A stretch of 64,000 nucleotides of DNA, from the NCBI RefSeq assembly GCF_036321535.1, contig NC_087436.1, positions 81,904,001-81,968,000 of the forward strand, read 5' to 3'. Numbering within the stretch: the first letter of the stretch is position 1; the number at the start of each line of letters is the position of its first letter. The notes below the pieces were generated by a model, which worked only from the letters and a program-made list of their open reading frames with translations, searched no databases and was not told where the DNA came from. Both the position numbers and the translations under genes were made by a program. Of the stretch, positions 25,859 through 39,749 are shown piece by piece. The DNA comes from Camelus dromedarius (lineage: Eukaryota).

Positions 25859-25924
25859 ATTCTCTAATAACCCTATCTCTTTATTCTCTAATAAATAATT
25901 CTCTAATAACCCTATCTCTTTATT
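25859..25924. repeat. 27-nt perfect direct duplication with an intervening partial copy
   Basis: ATTCTCTAATAACCCTATCTCTTTATT at 25859-25885 and 25898-25924. Confidence 0.95.
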
Positions 25925-28900
25925 GGAGAATAAAATCTCCCCAATGTCTAAATTCAAGAGACTTTATAAGAAAGTACAGTTTGTCACTCAGGATGAACCT
26001 AAATTAGTTCCTCTAATTTGGGGTATAATTAGAGGTCCTTATACTTAAAGAAACAGTAACGTTTTTTGGATCGAGTGAAATAGGAGAGGACTCCCCAACC
26101 CATCTTAGCCATTGCTTACCACAGGAGCACTGCTCAAAGGCTCTTTTAATTTATCTTTAACAAATTTATAAAATCACATCTCAAGGACAGAATCGGCATA
26201 GTATACTAATTACAGACATTACCAGGTAGAAGCAATTAAAAGCTAATAGTCAATGGCATACACCACTATAATATAAATCTTTAAGGTTAAAAAAAGTTAC
26301 CTCATAAAGAAGAAATATTCTTTTAGGACACTGGTTTACTTTTGGGCAGTGCCAGTTCTTAAAAGTCCGTCGTCACTTGCAGCAAAGCAGCACTGTCATA
26401 TTACATTAGTAATAACGCGTTCTCTTTGATGCAGACCAACCTGAAACCTGCATGTAGGGATAGCTTTTGTTTATTAGGTTCCTGACCACAGTTTTCAATA
26501 AATAAAATGTCAAAATGGGCGTGAGATACAGAATCAGATTAAAAGAAGTAAGCAGTTTTAGGGGTAATGCCTTGTATGTAAGTCATTTGATTGTTCATCT
26601 AAAACTTAACACTAAAATTTTTCATCTATGAGTAAATGACCTCAAAAGGTGTCTCCTTGTGTCTTATCTCTGAGATCTGTTACAGAGGCTAAGGCCCAAG
26701 CTAGTGGGCTGCGTGCCCCTGCTTTGTTATTTAATACTGCCTATGCTGATAAAATGGCTTCCTAAGCAGAAAGAAATCAGACATTTCCTGCCACGCTTCA
26801 GGTGGAAATTTACACCTTGATCAGATCAGGATGATAGTGCTTCAAAACTTGGGTGAATTGATAATATCCTGTTTCTTTTTTTATGTACTTGAACACATTT
26901 GGGAGGACAGATGGGGAATCAGGGAGCCCCTTTTAATACTGAAATGTCATTTTGAAGTTAGCTTCTAAGAGATGCTATGAATTTTTTGAGTCTGTGTGAG
27001 AGGAAAGATGAAGATATCCCATTAATGTTAATGTTAATCATAAATAACAAAAATAGTTAAAACACAATGTACTTTACAAGGAAATTTTTTTTCAACTTTA
27101 CCTAATAAATGGAATGTGTTCTATTATGAAGACTCCTTATATTCTTACAATCTTTTCTTCATAGCTCTTCAAAGTTTATTTATTGTTCCCCATTTACCTT
27201 TTAGCAAGCCATGTACTCTCTGAAAGTGTTTATGGTTTCATTTTAAATTTGAATACTAGTATTGTATGTAATCTAATGTTGTCCATAAACTCTCTGAACT
27301 CAGAGCATCCTCAAGAGATGAAACCACTTATTCTGTTTTGAATAATTTGATTTTTTTATTATAGAATCTAAAACTTCTGTTGTGGTAGATCTTTTGATTT
27401 CTGGTTTTATGATTTTCTCTCAAAAGAACTTAAATTATCCCTCAGTTGATAATTATATGCTGCAGAAAATAAAGTATAAGCAAAAAGGAAGCAAAATTTA
27501 GATTTTTATGTTGCCCTTGTTCAGAAGAGCTCATAATATTTCATACGGGTTAATTCACTTATCCTGTCATCTCTAAAAAGAAGGCATAACAGATTATACC
27601 CACATTTTTGTAGGCCAAGGAAGTGAGAAACAGAAATGAAGTGGCTTGCCCAAGCTCATAGATTAAATGATAAAACTAGAATTAAAACCCCATCTTTTGA
27701 TAATAAGCTTTCTGGTAGATTATGCTACCTAAATTGGCTTTAAAAGGTTTCAAAAGTTACATAACCAACCCATTCTACAAACATCCTTTTGGAATCTCTT
27801 TTATCAGGAACTGGAAACACAAAAACCAGTACAACATGGTCCCTTATGTTATTCTTTCAGTCGGGGGTCAGGGTGAGGAAATGAGTTGGAGTGGTGACAG
27901 ATATATCATATAATGGATCATTTTAATATAATGAGAGAAATGTCTTCTTAGAGGTCCGGCATGCTCTGTGAGGTTAGGTGAAGGAGCTACTAACTCCGCC
28001 AGAATGGGACAGTATCGCAGAAGCCTCCACCTAAAATCTTTTAAGAGTAGCTCCAATGGCACTCTTTTCAGAAGTATTACTAGTTTATTTTCCTGTGATC
28101 AAAATGAGTAGTTAGCATAGCTATTAGGTGTACTTAATTGATTTTAGTGCTGTTTATTGCTTGTTTAATAAAATAGTTATAATAGTCTGGGCATATGTCT
28201 AGAAAGATCTGGAAAGCAGTTGATCTAATCTCAAATACAGTTATTAGGCTGGTGGCACTGGTGTTAACAGTATGTCTTCACTGATCTAGTAGACTTAAGT
28301 AGCTAATAAATGGGCCTAGAATTCTGTATTTCTCCTCATTTATATGGCCAAATTCTACTCTTGAACTGTCATTTTGAGTTCCCAGATTAGTGAAATTTTT
28401 TCCCTAGTGCTTTTGCAACATAAAACAACCACAATATTATATTGCTATGTATGATGCCACATTTATTTTATCCACCTGTGACGTGTTACTTGGGCAATTA
28501 CATGTCTAGTTGTGTAGTTGAAGACAGTGAGCATCATTGACATGAGAAAACGCATTGAGACTCCTGCTGGTTGGGAATATGTGATTTAAGAATAGTAATG
28601 TTTGTAACCTGCTGAAATCCACATCTCTGGGTCCTTACCTAAAGATGTGCCTCCTTTTTCCTCCAAAAAGTAAACCTAGGCTAGAAGATCCCCTGGAGAA
28701 ACCACTTAGCTCCAGACATCTCTTTTCTACTGCTTGCTTTCTCTTCCTTCAGAAGGTCACCCACACTCAGTTTCTCCCTTTAATGCTTTCATGGCTCAAA
28801 GCTCTTACAATTTTACTTTAGATTATTTGTAACAAGTGTGCACATATCACCTTGAACCTTGTCTCCCACCTCTACAACTTTTTGCCCGTTTTCCTGAAGA

Positions 28901-29469
28901 GTATCACTGCCCCCTTGCTCCCCTCCCCACCATCTTACCTTCTCATTCTTCCTGTTCCACCATTCATTCTTTGTCCTTTTGACGACTAGAAGAGACCTTA
29001 ACTGTGGCTCAAAATCATCTTCTGTTAAGTAATAGTCATGAGATTTTTAAGTTAGCTATCATAATGTGATTTTCAAACATATAAAGCAGATTAAGCCATG
29101 GTTAAATTTGGCATATTTTGTAGGAAGTTAGTGAAAACTTATAAAGGAATTGTTTTTATTATAATTTTGCACTGCCCTCCAGAATTTTAAATAAATTTCT
29201 GAACTTTTAATAAATATGAAATGAAATATTTTCATGTCTACTAATTTGCATAAAGACAATAAAAAACCTAGCATTTATAAAGCAGTGGTTATCCAAGAGC
29301 CATCTTACTAATTTTAAGCTTCATATGGCTAATGAGAAGACATGGCTCTTTTAGGATACCATGACCTATTAATATATTGCTAGTAAATACTAATGACCTA
29401 GAAGAGAATGATAATTTACTTGTTCCAAATGGAATAGACTCATGATACATTTGGAAAGTGGTCTGTTTC

Positions 29470-31380
29470 AATAGTGGTCAAGATAGGCTTCACTGAAGAA
29501 GTCATTTAAAATAAAACTATAGGATAAGAAACAACTAACCGCAAGAAAGGTCTAAAATAGACCATTCAGGGCAGAGAAAATAGTATGTACAAGGCCCTAA
29601 CATATAAAGAGATCCTAACAGAGAAAAACCCGTGGCCTGGATGGAATAAGGGTAATGGAGATGTGACTAAAAAGGATTCAACCGGCACATCCAAAAGGAG
29701 TCTAGATTTTATTTGGAGTACAGTAGTATGCCTTTGGGACTTATTAAGCAGGGGAGTGGCATCATGGAATCTGTATTTTGAAAAGATAGTTCTGGATGCT
29801 GAGTAGAGAGTAGCTGAATGAAGAAAGAAGAAACAGGGAGACCATTGCAGTTATCTACTCAGGTGATAAAGTTAACTGGGAATAGGGGGATGGCAGTGGA
29901 ATTGGAAATAATCACATGGAATAACGTAACTTTGAGAATTTAGCCTGCCAGCACTTTCTGATGGATTTGATATGGGAAATAAAGAAGATGAAGGGTTTCA
30001 GTATGGTACCCATATTTCTGTTTTGAGCACTCAGCTGGGTAACAGTGCCACTTATTGAAGTTGGAAAGAAAGGGGTAAAATGCACATCTCTGGATGTGGA
30101 AAGCAAAAGATTAGTTTTAATCATGTTCAGTTTGAGGTACTTCTGAAATATACTAGTAGAAGTTTCAATTATTTCAGATTGGAGCTTCCAGAAGAGGTCA
30201 GTGCCAAGAATAAAAATCTGGGAGTTGTCAGTACATAGATAATACTTAAAAGCGTTGTTAATAGATGAAATTATATAAGGAAAGAGTGGAAAAATAGGGT
30301 CCTAAAACTCATACCCAAGGAAATCCAACAATTTGGATATCCAGTAGAGGGAGAGGAAAAAGCAAAGACTTAGAATGAGCAGTCTGAGCAGTAGGAGGAA
30401 ACCAGGCTTGTAGAGACAGGAAGGTGACTCATTAAGGGACTGTCATCACTTTTAGTTGTTGTTGCTGAGAGGTAAATAAGGTATGGATTCAAAACTGTCC
30501 ATTGGATTTGGTAATATGGATATCATTAGTGATGTGTGATGAGAGTTGCCAAGGTGTAGAGGAGTTGGAAGTTGTCTACAGTGGGGAGAATAATGAATGT
30601 GAAGTGAGAAATTGGGGGACATAGTACCTAGAGGGAAATGTGACAATAGGAGAGAGGTTCTGTTTGGTTTGGTTTGGCTATGGAGGTATTAGAGCATTTT
30701 GTATACCAATGGGAATGACTCCATAGAAATGGGGGATAATGCAACAGAGAAAGGAGAAATTATCTTCGGTTAATATATATATTCTTTGGAAAATATATAT
30801 TATATATAAATTAATGTGTAATTTAATAATATGTTAAATAATATGTCAATCTTTATTAATATGTAAATTATATATTAAAATATATTTCATATATGAATAT
30901 ATAAATATTAATTTTATATAATCTTTGGTTAATATATAAAATCTTTGGGGAAAAAGTAAAAGGAAGGAGGAATTGAACTCATATTGGGAATTGGCCTTCG
31001 ACTGGTAGGAAATGTCATCCTTTGAGACAGTAGACAGAAAAGATTGCAGACACAGGTAGATGTGTAGAATTAGTCCTGGAAAAATGAGAAAGCTGTCTTC
31101 TGACAGCTTCTATTTGCTTCGTGGAATATGAGACAAGATCAAAAGACAGAGAGGAGAGAGTTAAGGTGGGAAATTTGAAGAATGAGGAAAAGCAAAGCAG
31201 TTGTTGTGGAAAATGAGTGAACTTACTATTAACACATAAAGTTTAGTGTCAGAATAGTTGACCATGAATTTATGGTGTTGTCAGAATACCCACTTGTTTG
31301 ATTTTCTCTGAGTTTTGACTACTTGTTGGTAGATGGTAAAAGAAGGCAGATTGTTGAGTTCATCTATGGTTGTATGATCC
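29470..31380 (-). mobile_element. Long decayed L2 LINE with an AT-rich insert at ~30762-30955
   Basis: gtggtcaagataggcttcactgaagaag...catgttcagtttgaggtac...ctgggagttgtcagtacatagat...gtccattggatttggtaat, typical antisense L2. Confidence 0.75.
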
Positions 31381-32771
31381 TTAAATTCTTTCAGTTCTAA
31401 TTTTTTATCTGCTGTATTCTGTTTTCAAGAATATCTTTGTTCTCTATTTTGTAATATAATTTTAAATTAATGACTTTCAATGTGTGGCTTAAGAATGTAA
31501 CTCACCACTAAATACTGCAACGTAGACATATATTTATCAATTTTAGATTATATTAGAAGCTGAGGTTGGTGACAGTCTGTCTAGATGTGATGTGCCTTAT
31601 TTTTCCGTGTTCTATAGATGATGTGCCTCAAGTATCCATGTTACCCCTGTTTACACTTAAGTGGATCCATTTTCAGGGGACGATGGGTTACAAGAAAAGC
31701 AAAATATTTGAATCCAATTCTCAAGCAATTATCTGTTGCTATTCTGAAATTAATTCATTTTTCTATTAATTTTAAGATAAAATTTATAGTTGGGGACTTA
31801 AAGCTTATACTTCTTGCTCTGAGGAGGCAATTAACTTTTCAAATGAATTAATAAATAGTTTTTTTATTACTAGAAAGGTTTTAGTCATCATTTTTTATTG
31901 TATCCATAGCAAATAGATTGTCAAAGAGGGATCACAGATGGTCACCCAGGAAATCTTTAGTGTTTATGGTCTTTTGGGTTAGTTACTATAACATACTTTT
32001 CTACATTTCTCTTTTTTTAATAGTAGAGCCATATATATGTGTGATTTTGTTGTTGTTGAATCTGTGGATTCAAAAATTAATTTCTGGTTGGGCATTTTTG
32101 CTGTGTCTCAATGCATTTACTGACTGCTGCCTTAAAAAAATTAAAATGGCTTATACTAGTTTTAACTATATCAAGGACTAAGGCATAAATAAGAATTGGT
32201 ACTTTATTCCAGTTGAAAAATATTGATACATTATGTTCGAGAGGAAAAACTATTTCAGTACATGATGGTCTGCCATGGAAAAATTAAGTTTCTTCCATAA
32301 TTTAAGCACAATCAGATTGTCTGGATTTCAAACACAATCAAATTTTCTGAAAACATTTCTAATCATAATAAAAATTTGATACTTAAGAATTCCAAATACT
32401 ATTATCTTTTTTTCCCATCCAGAATATAGCAAAAAAAAAATGTTGTTTCTTCTTTAAACATTTATTTCAATGACCAGAAGATGCCAGGGCTTCATATTAA
32501 AGTAATACATATTTGAATTATGTCTTTAGATAAAGGAGTAGACTATATGTTTTATTATTACCCCCAAATAATTTCATGAATAATTAATATTCTACCAAAC
32601 TGGAGAGTATCGGAAACTCTTACCTGTTTTTTAAAACCAAATAATTCACCTTTAAATGCAAAATAATGCTACTTTAAAAAGTAAATTCAATCTGTTATTG
32701 ATATCATTAAATAAGAAACATTGGACTCTGAAAAGTTATACAAACATAGCATCTCTTTCCACTTGCTCTGT

Positions 32772-32802
32772 CATCACTATCACCATCACCATCACCACCA
32801 CA
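32772..32802. repeat. Imperfect (CAY)n trinucleotide repeat, intronic
   Basis: catcactatcaccatcaccatcaccaccaca, ~130 nt upstream of exon 7. Confidence 0.85.
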
Positions 32803-32928
32803 TTTCAGCTCTGATTCTCCATTGGAGAATTAGGAAATTGCCACCACTTTCATTGTCAATAGTAAGGTTACATTCCAGTTATTTTTCTAAAACTTCTGTA
32901 CATACATGATAGATTCTTATCATTCCAG

Positions 32929-33495
32929 GGAGAAGCTCTACTTCTGATGTACTAGACACATACAAGTCTCCATTCTCTCATCAGACCTTTCTTAACAAAG
33001 GGCTTAGTAAATCTATGGGATTTCTGTCCATCAGAGACACACAAGATGAGGAAGATTATTTCAAGGACATTTCATCAGATAATAATTCTGGACATGAAGA
33101 TTCTGAAAATTCCTGCTCCCCTTACCAGTTCCAAACTAGTGGGGCAGAAAAAAAAGCTATCCGCAGCATTGATGTGCTTCCCAAGAAGAAGATCTGGGCT
33201 TCATCCATGGACTTGCTCTGCACAGCTGACAGAGACTTCTCTTCTGGGGAGACTGACAGATACCGACAGTCTCTCCTTGAGGCGGTAACAGTGCGGACTT
33301 CAACTACTCCTCGAAAAAAGGAGGGAAGATACTCAGATGGAAGCATAGCCTTGAATATCTTTGGCCCTCAGAAAATGGATCCAGTGTTTCACACACGAGA
33401 ATTGCCCACCTCCTCAGCAATATCAAGTGCTTTGGACCGAATCCGAGAAAGACAAAAGAAACTTCAGATTCTGAGAGAAGCCATGAATGTGGAAG
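32929..33495 (+). CDS. PTPN13: PTPN13 exon 7 (567 nt), linker region
   Basis: ttccag|GGAGA...GAAG|gttagt; (G)RSSTSDVLDTYKSPFSHQTFLNKGLSKSMGFLS...KKKIWASSMDLL...LQILREAMNVE(E); overlaps ORF 33015..33500; phase 1-1. Confidence 0.95.
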
Positions 33496-35203
33496 GTTAG
33501 TAATTTTGTGTGTGTTTGAGAGGGAATTGAATTGAAATATTTAAAATTATGTTTTGAAATAAAGAAGGGTTGTTAAACCATTCCACAAGTCTTATTTCCA
33601 CTGCTAAACCTCTGGTACCCAGGTTAGTCTCTTACTTCTCTGTCAATTTCTGTTCTTCCCTCCACAAAAACCCTAATTCAAAGTACACTGCTTCCACAAA
33701 GCCATCCCTTCTAAACACACCCCGCCCCATCATCTAACAGTCTCTCAATATTTTGGGTAGTACGTTTTTAGATTGTGAGCTTCTCAAGGGCAGGAGCCAT
33801 ATTTTATACTTCTTTTTAATGCTACACAGTACCGCCTGTCATGCACTGTCTTGCGGGAGGCTTCCGTAAAGGACTGGTTCATGGAAATGAGATGGAGTTC
33901 ATCAAAATCAGCAATCCCAGGGAGGCATAGTAGCCTGGTGATAAAGCGCTGGTTCCCAAACCTCCAGCTTCAAAAAACAAATTTTGGGACAAGACTTCTG
34001 GAAATTATCATTTCTTTGGTGTGGAGTGAAGTTGTAAATCTATATTTTTAGAATAATAGTATTTAGTTTTATAGATTAATAGTCAGCCTAGGTTTGAATT
34101 ATGTGATCCTTACTTCAGCAGTTGGACTTAATCATTCCAAGTCTTGCAGTTACCCTGTGTGTAAAATGGGCTTAACAAAAAATAAATTAATTGTGTAATG
34201 AATGTAAAGTAATTAATAAGTCAAATTATTATATATTTCGTATGAGGACATAAAATAACTTTCTAAATGATAAACTTATTTGCAAGGGAAAGCTGTTTCA
34301 AAAAATATCTGACTCACACACAAAGCATAGTATATTGAATAGAATAAAATTACGTTCTAGACATTGGATAGAGGCTATTTTTAGTCTCTTTAGATGGAAG
34401 AGAAAGCAAAATAAGAGAATTTTCAACCTAATCCTCTACATTTTTGAAGATTAAAGTTTTATAACTGCCCCTTGACTGCTCTGTCCCTGGGACATAGTTG
34501 ATTAAAAGGATCTGTAAGGTGCTTCTAGTTCAGTGAGAGTAGTAATATAGGGTCATACTCATTTTTAAGGCCACTGTCCCAATTAATATTTTTGATTCAT
34601 GGATTGCTTTTAAAGCGCTCTGCTAAATGTTTGCTCTGGTACTTCAGTTTTAAGCATAGTTCTGGAGCTGAAAATACACTCCACATTGTACTTTACTTCT
34701 CAGAAATAAAGGTTTGCATTTTTTTTCCAATTCAGGAATTGCAAATCAGTAAGGAATTTGAAATTACAGAGGAAATATTGAACACTTAATTGATATTATG
34801 GGTTTGTATGTACTTGCATTTTTAAAAACATGAGCCATCATTATGAGATGGTCAAGTATAATCTAGATCTGAAAACTTTCAAAGACAGAAAGTAAAAACT
34901 TAGAAATTTGTTTTATGCATGATTTCAACTGTTATGACAGCAAAAAATAGTCACTTTGTAGCTTAAAATAAAGTCTCCCAGAGTTTGTATTTCATGACTA
35001 GAGTTGTGCGGTAGCTAGCATATGAATATAATTTAGCTGGATAGTCTTATGAGCATGCCTTTTTGGAGACATTTATGTAAAGAAATCCTACTAATTGTGG
35101 GAAAAAAATTCCCTCAATGATTCAAATATATAAAACCATGATTGTCTCAGAATATAAATCGTGAGGATGCACAGTGTTTCTAACATTTAAAAGGCTGAGT
35201 GAT

Positions 35204-35371
35204 TTCTTTTTTGGGGGAGTGGGTAATTAGGTTTCTTTATGTATTTTTTAATTAATTATTTTATTTTATTATTTTTTTTTTTAATTTTATTTTTTAGTAG
35301 AGGTACTAGGGATTCAACCCAGGACCTTGTGCATGCTAAGCACGCCCTCTACCACTGAGCTACACCCTCCC
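35204..35371 (-). mobile_element. tRNA-derived SINE, camelid Vic-1-like
   Basis: Reverse strand GGGGAGGGTGTAGCTCAGTGGTAGAGGGCGTGCTTAGCATGCACAAGGTCCTGGGTTGAATCCCTAGTACCTC (tRNA-Ala-like head), AT-rich spacer, CCTAATTACCC tail; TSD CTGAGTGAT at 35195-35203 and 35372-35380. Confidence 0.9.
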
Positions 35372-38300
35372 CTGAGTGATATATTTTCTGAACATGTGAA
35401 TATGAAAATCATAATTTCTGATGTTCTTGTGTATGTTACAAAAGATTATTTGACCTACTGTTTAGTAAATTAATAGTAGTGTGGATTAGTGAAGTCCGAG
35501 GAAAGTATTTTTAATACACTTGAACCTTGGTTTGAGAGTTAAATATTAAAAAATCAAAACTTCAGTGAAAATATTTTTAATTTGTTAAATTATGCTGCAA
35601 CAAATAGTCTGTTTAACATGCTTTGTTTGAATAGGTGATTTGGGGGATTTCCTGTGAAATTAGGATTAAGCCAAATTATGTCCAGGTTTGCATAGAAGTC
35701 TTTTATCTTCTCAGGAGACGTGCACACATGTGTGTAAGTGTATTAAGGAAACTCAAATAGACCAACTTGTTTCCATATATGCAAATATATCTGCAAAGGT
35801 GATATATAATCTTTGTAGACTTTTATTTGTTGAAAATGATAACTTGTTATTAAAAATCAAATTTCCAGTTTTAGAAATTTTAGGTTTCTTATAAGATATA
35901 AGAAAAGGAAAAGATCTTTTTAAAATAAAATAAAATATGCTTTGAATTGTGTAATATAGGACAATTTCTATCCTGAAATCTTTCATTAGTTTGGAAGAGT
36001 TTTTAAAAGCATTTACTACCACAAAGAACCTACCCATTTTTCCCCCAGGGTATATTTTATAACCAAGTTAAATAAAACAAAACACCTTGGAAATATTAGT
36101 TTATAATGGAAATACTTACACTACCTTAAATAAATTCCATTATTATATAGTGATTTGCAAATAGTTATAAATTATGTTTTCTTTAGACTAAAAGCATTGT
36201 TCGAAAGGAAGTTTAAGGTTTAGAATTCAAAAGCAATAGTTCTTGTTATTTGGTTGAGTGACTTGCTGGTTTTATGCTGTACTGTCTTTCTCTAAAGGAA
36301 AGATAATTTACGTTAACTCTGCAAATAAAGCGCAGATTGCTAATATGAAGATTTTAGCTAGTATACAAAGAAGAAAAAAGAATTAAAAATAATGTAAATC
36401 CCATTTATCTCATTTAATTCTTAGGAAAAGTAGGCTCCATAGATCCCTTTTATGTGTGACAAATCAAGCAGAACAGTTTACATGACTAACGTACACATTT
36501 TCTTGTACATCTTTCTTTTTAAATATTCTTGTTTTAAAGTACTTGAAAATATTTTCATAATGCTCTGTACAGTTTTTGTGGTCTTTACAATTGGAAGTTG
36601 CTACTGGGTATGAGTAATTTTAGAATTAGAAGAGGTCTTAGAGTACATGTGCTTGGATCACATAACTAGTTAATGATAAAGTTTCCATCATTATGGGAGA
36701 TTGTGGATTTGTGTCACAAATTTCAGCATTCCAGTCTAAAGATTTCCCACTACATGTTACTTCCTAATTTTTAAAAAAGTTGTGTTCCAGTGTTCACTGT
36801 GTTACTATAGCAATCAGAAGAAAAGAAATTGGTAAATTTCAGCTTGTTCTTCTGGGCACAGAAGGAGATTCCGTGAACTAATAGGACAGACCGTTGTCTC
36901 CTTGAACCTCAGATGTATAGCCCTTTCCTTAGCCTGGGCCCCATCCCCTTGAAAGGAGCTTTTACCTAAATCACCTCCCTCGCATCTCCTCAGCTGACAA
37001 CATCAACCAGCCAGCTAGCACAGGGGTGTCCAGACCTTAAAATCATGGAGTTTGGTAGTGGAAGGAATTTAGATGTTATTTAAACCAAACATCTCATTTT
37101 CAGAGACCCAGAGTAGATTAGTTTGCCAAAGCAGAGACATAATTCATAATTCATAACAGAGGTGAATATAGAATCCAGGTCTCTGGAGCTCCAGAATAAG
37201 ATTTTTTCCACTCTGCCATTCCGATTTCAAGCAGCAAGCGGACACATTTCAGATACATTATTGGGAAAACATTTTACTGCCTGGAAAGATGAACATTCAG
37301 CTAACCACCTAAACAAATTCCTTACATCTCTTCCTAATAAAATTATATAATTTTAATACAGTGAATCATTATAAAAGAAAGGCTCGAAATGAGGCATTTT
37401 TGGTTCTTTCTTCAGTAAACCACACTGGATAGCAGTTAAGATGTGGTTCCATTGTGTTACATGCTCTATTGTGGCAGACACTGGGGTTTTGTCTGGTTTT
37501 GTTTTAGATAGTGTTTTGGTGGGGCTTTACTATGGTGGGGTCTGTAAGATGGTTATCATGTGCCCCATGAGATAAGGGAGTAAACTGTCAAAAAGCAGTG
37601 GTTTTATTGAGTGCTCTAATTTCTTTGGGGAAAAAATAAAGTTAGAAACAAAAAAGAAGCTAAAGAAGAAACTGTGATTGAAATAGAAATATAAAATTAC
37701 TACTGTGATTATTAAGTTAGTACTTTACCTTTCAAATAGTTCTCTACATTCATAAAGAAGTAGAGAAGGGGCAGAAAGAAGCGTAACAGATTTCTCTCTT
37801 GGAAACTAATTCCAAAATTTGATATCATTCCCTTTTTTTTTTTTTTTTGGCTTTATTCTTTTCATTTTACTCTTTCTACTTCAGCATGGGACTGTCCTAT
37901 TCTACTCCTTTCCTTTTTTCCTTGTTTCCAGGATTTTCTTTTCCACCTCTCTCTACTCCATCTCAAGATCTGAGAAATTGTCTGTTTTCTAATAAAAGTA
38001 TCTGTCGCCGTGTTGTCTGTGGTGTGATCACCACACACTCCCTATCCCTTGCTCTGTGGGTTGGCAGCACACTCCTGATGATGAGAGAGTGACTTGGAAC
38101 CGGTACTGTGAGTATAGTATGAACAGCACTCCACACCCTGGGTGGGGACCGTGAATAGCATTTTGCTTCCAATGGTCCAAACTCCTCTGCGTTCTGTGTG
38201 ATACTAGAAGGGAGAGTATGAAGAACAGATATAACTAAATTCTAGAAAAGTGACTATGGTTAAATATTACTTACGTAAGGGGTTTAAAGTCAATCTACTT

Positions 38301-39125
38301 TCTGTCTAAATTAAGTATTGTTTCCTTCCTTTCATTGCTCTGGCCCCTGGTCCAGCCTAGTTTGGCTGTTCTGTGACTGCTCTGGGGATACAGCTTAAAC
38401 TCTCTGTTGTGCAACTAGAATACGTAAACCCTCAAGTATGTGATCCTGTTCTCATTATTGAGGCACCTTAAGGCTTCATTTCCGTTCAGATTCATTCCAT
38501 TGGATTTGAAAGTGCATAAGTTTTTATACATTTCAGAAAAGCAAGAGGATGGATTCATAAATGTTATAGTTCATCATGTAGGGTACTCCTAGTGACATTG
38601 TTATGGAGAGAGAGAAATTTTTTTCAAAACTTCTCTCTTTTCTAAGATCCCAAACTGGTAAAGATGAACTACTCAGTTTTTATTTCTTCACCCTATTTCC
38701 TTGTGAATAGCCCCACCTCCCCCCACCCCGCCAAAAAAAGACTGAGTTGTTATTGGGATTGCTCCATGAACTAAAATAAATAATTTTAATAATTAGTTTC
38801 TATTTCACTTAGTTCCACAGAAGTAAACATGAACAAACAAGAATTTTTTGTGATATTGGCCAAATATCATATATATTTTAAGTGTTAACATGGTGATTGC
38901 CACATTACCCAAATCTGGGTGACAGTTGTATTAACTCAGGGGCACCCAATCCACAGTGGATGATCAGTGTTTTAATGATTAATGATTATACTACAAAGAT
39001 GCAAATATAATTTGTATCTCTGGAGAGCCAATATTATAGACGGATTCAGCATCTTAGCCAGAAAGAATCAAGTGCCTACTGTGTTTCCAGGGCTGAAATT
39101 TTTTAAAGAGATTAATATGTTAGAC

Positions 39126-39290
39126 CAGCATTGTTCAACAGAACGTCTTCAGTGGAGGAAATGTCCTATATCTACCAAGTCCAGCTCAGTAGTTACAAGC
39201 CACATGTGACACTGAGCACTTGCATTGTAGCTAGTGCAACCAAGGAATTGAGTATTTTATTTAAGTTTACATAGCCACATAATGCAGCTT
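39126..39290. mobile_element. MER3-like hAT MITE
   Basis: cagcattgttcaacagaacg...ggaaatgtcctatatct...agccacatgtgacactgagcacttgcattgtagctagtgcaac. Confidence 0.7.
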
Positions 39291-39749
39291 CAGAGCATTG
39301 TCATGTAAGGTTCGTCCAGTATAAAATAACCCATGTTCAAAGAAGGAAAGATTGGTTTGAGAAGCATTTGAGAAGAGAGATGCAGTGAGTTATTCTTTAG
39401 TTTAAACACAACTGAGAATAGACATTTACTTCTTTCCTTTGATTTATCCAAGTGGAAAAAATGAAGTTGTGTTTTTAAACATTAAGGAAAGTTAAAGGTG
39501 AAACCAAAACAAACTTTCCAATGTCTGTATTCATAGTAACATAATGTTGATTTTAAAGTCCACAGGAATCATAGGCTGCTTGCTTGATCAGAAATTGAGG
39601 ACCTAATTTAAATCTAACTCATACCTAGTTAATGTGAACCCAGTTTGGCTTTGACATAGGAACCATCTGAAAAGCATGGGTCACTGTTTTAAGAAAGATT
39701 TAAAATGGATCTTACTAGTAATGAGTATCATCACAGATTTTAAGACCTA

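Noticed and set aside
32721..32909. Poly-His ORF
   Set aside because: Translation of an intronic (CAY)n microsatellite with a non-ATG start; it ends before the exon 7 acceptor.
35300..35371. tRNA-Ala gene
   Set aside because: It has a SINE body, tail and TSD, and a second diverged copy is at 941-1085, so it is a SINE head.
38076..38200. C/D-box snoRNA (ATGATGA)
   Set aside because: No suitably placed D box (CTGA) or terminal stem was found.
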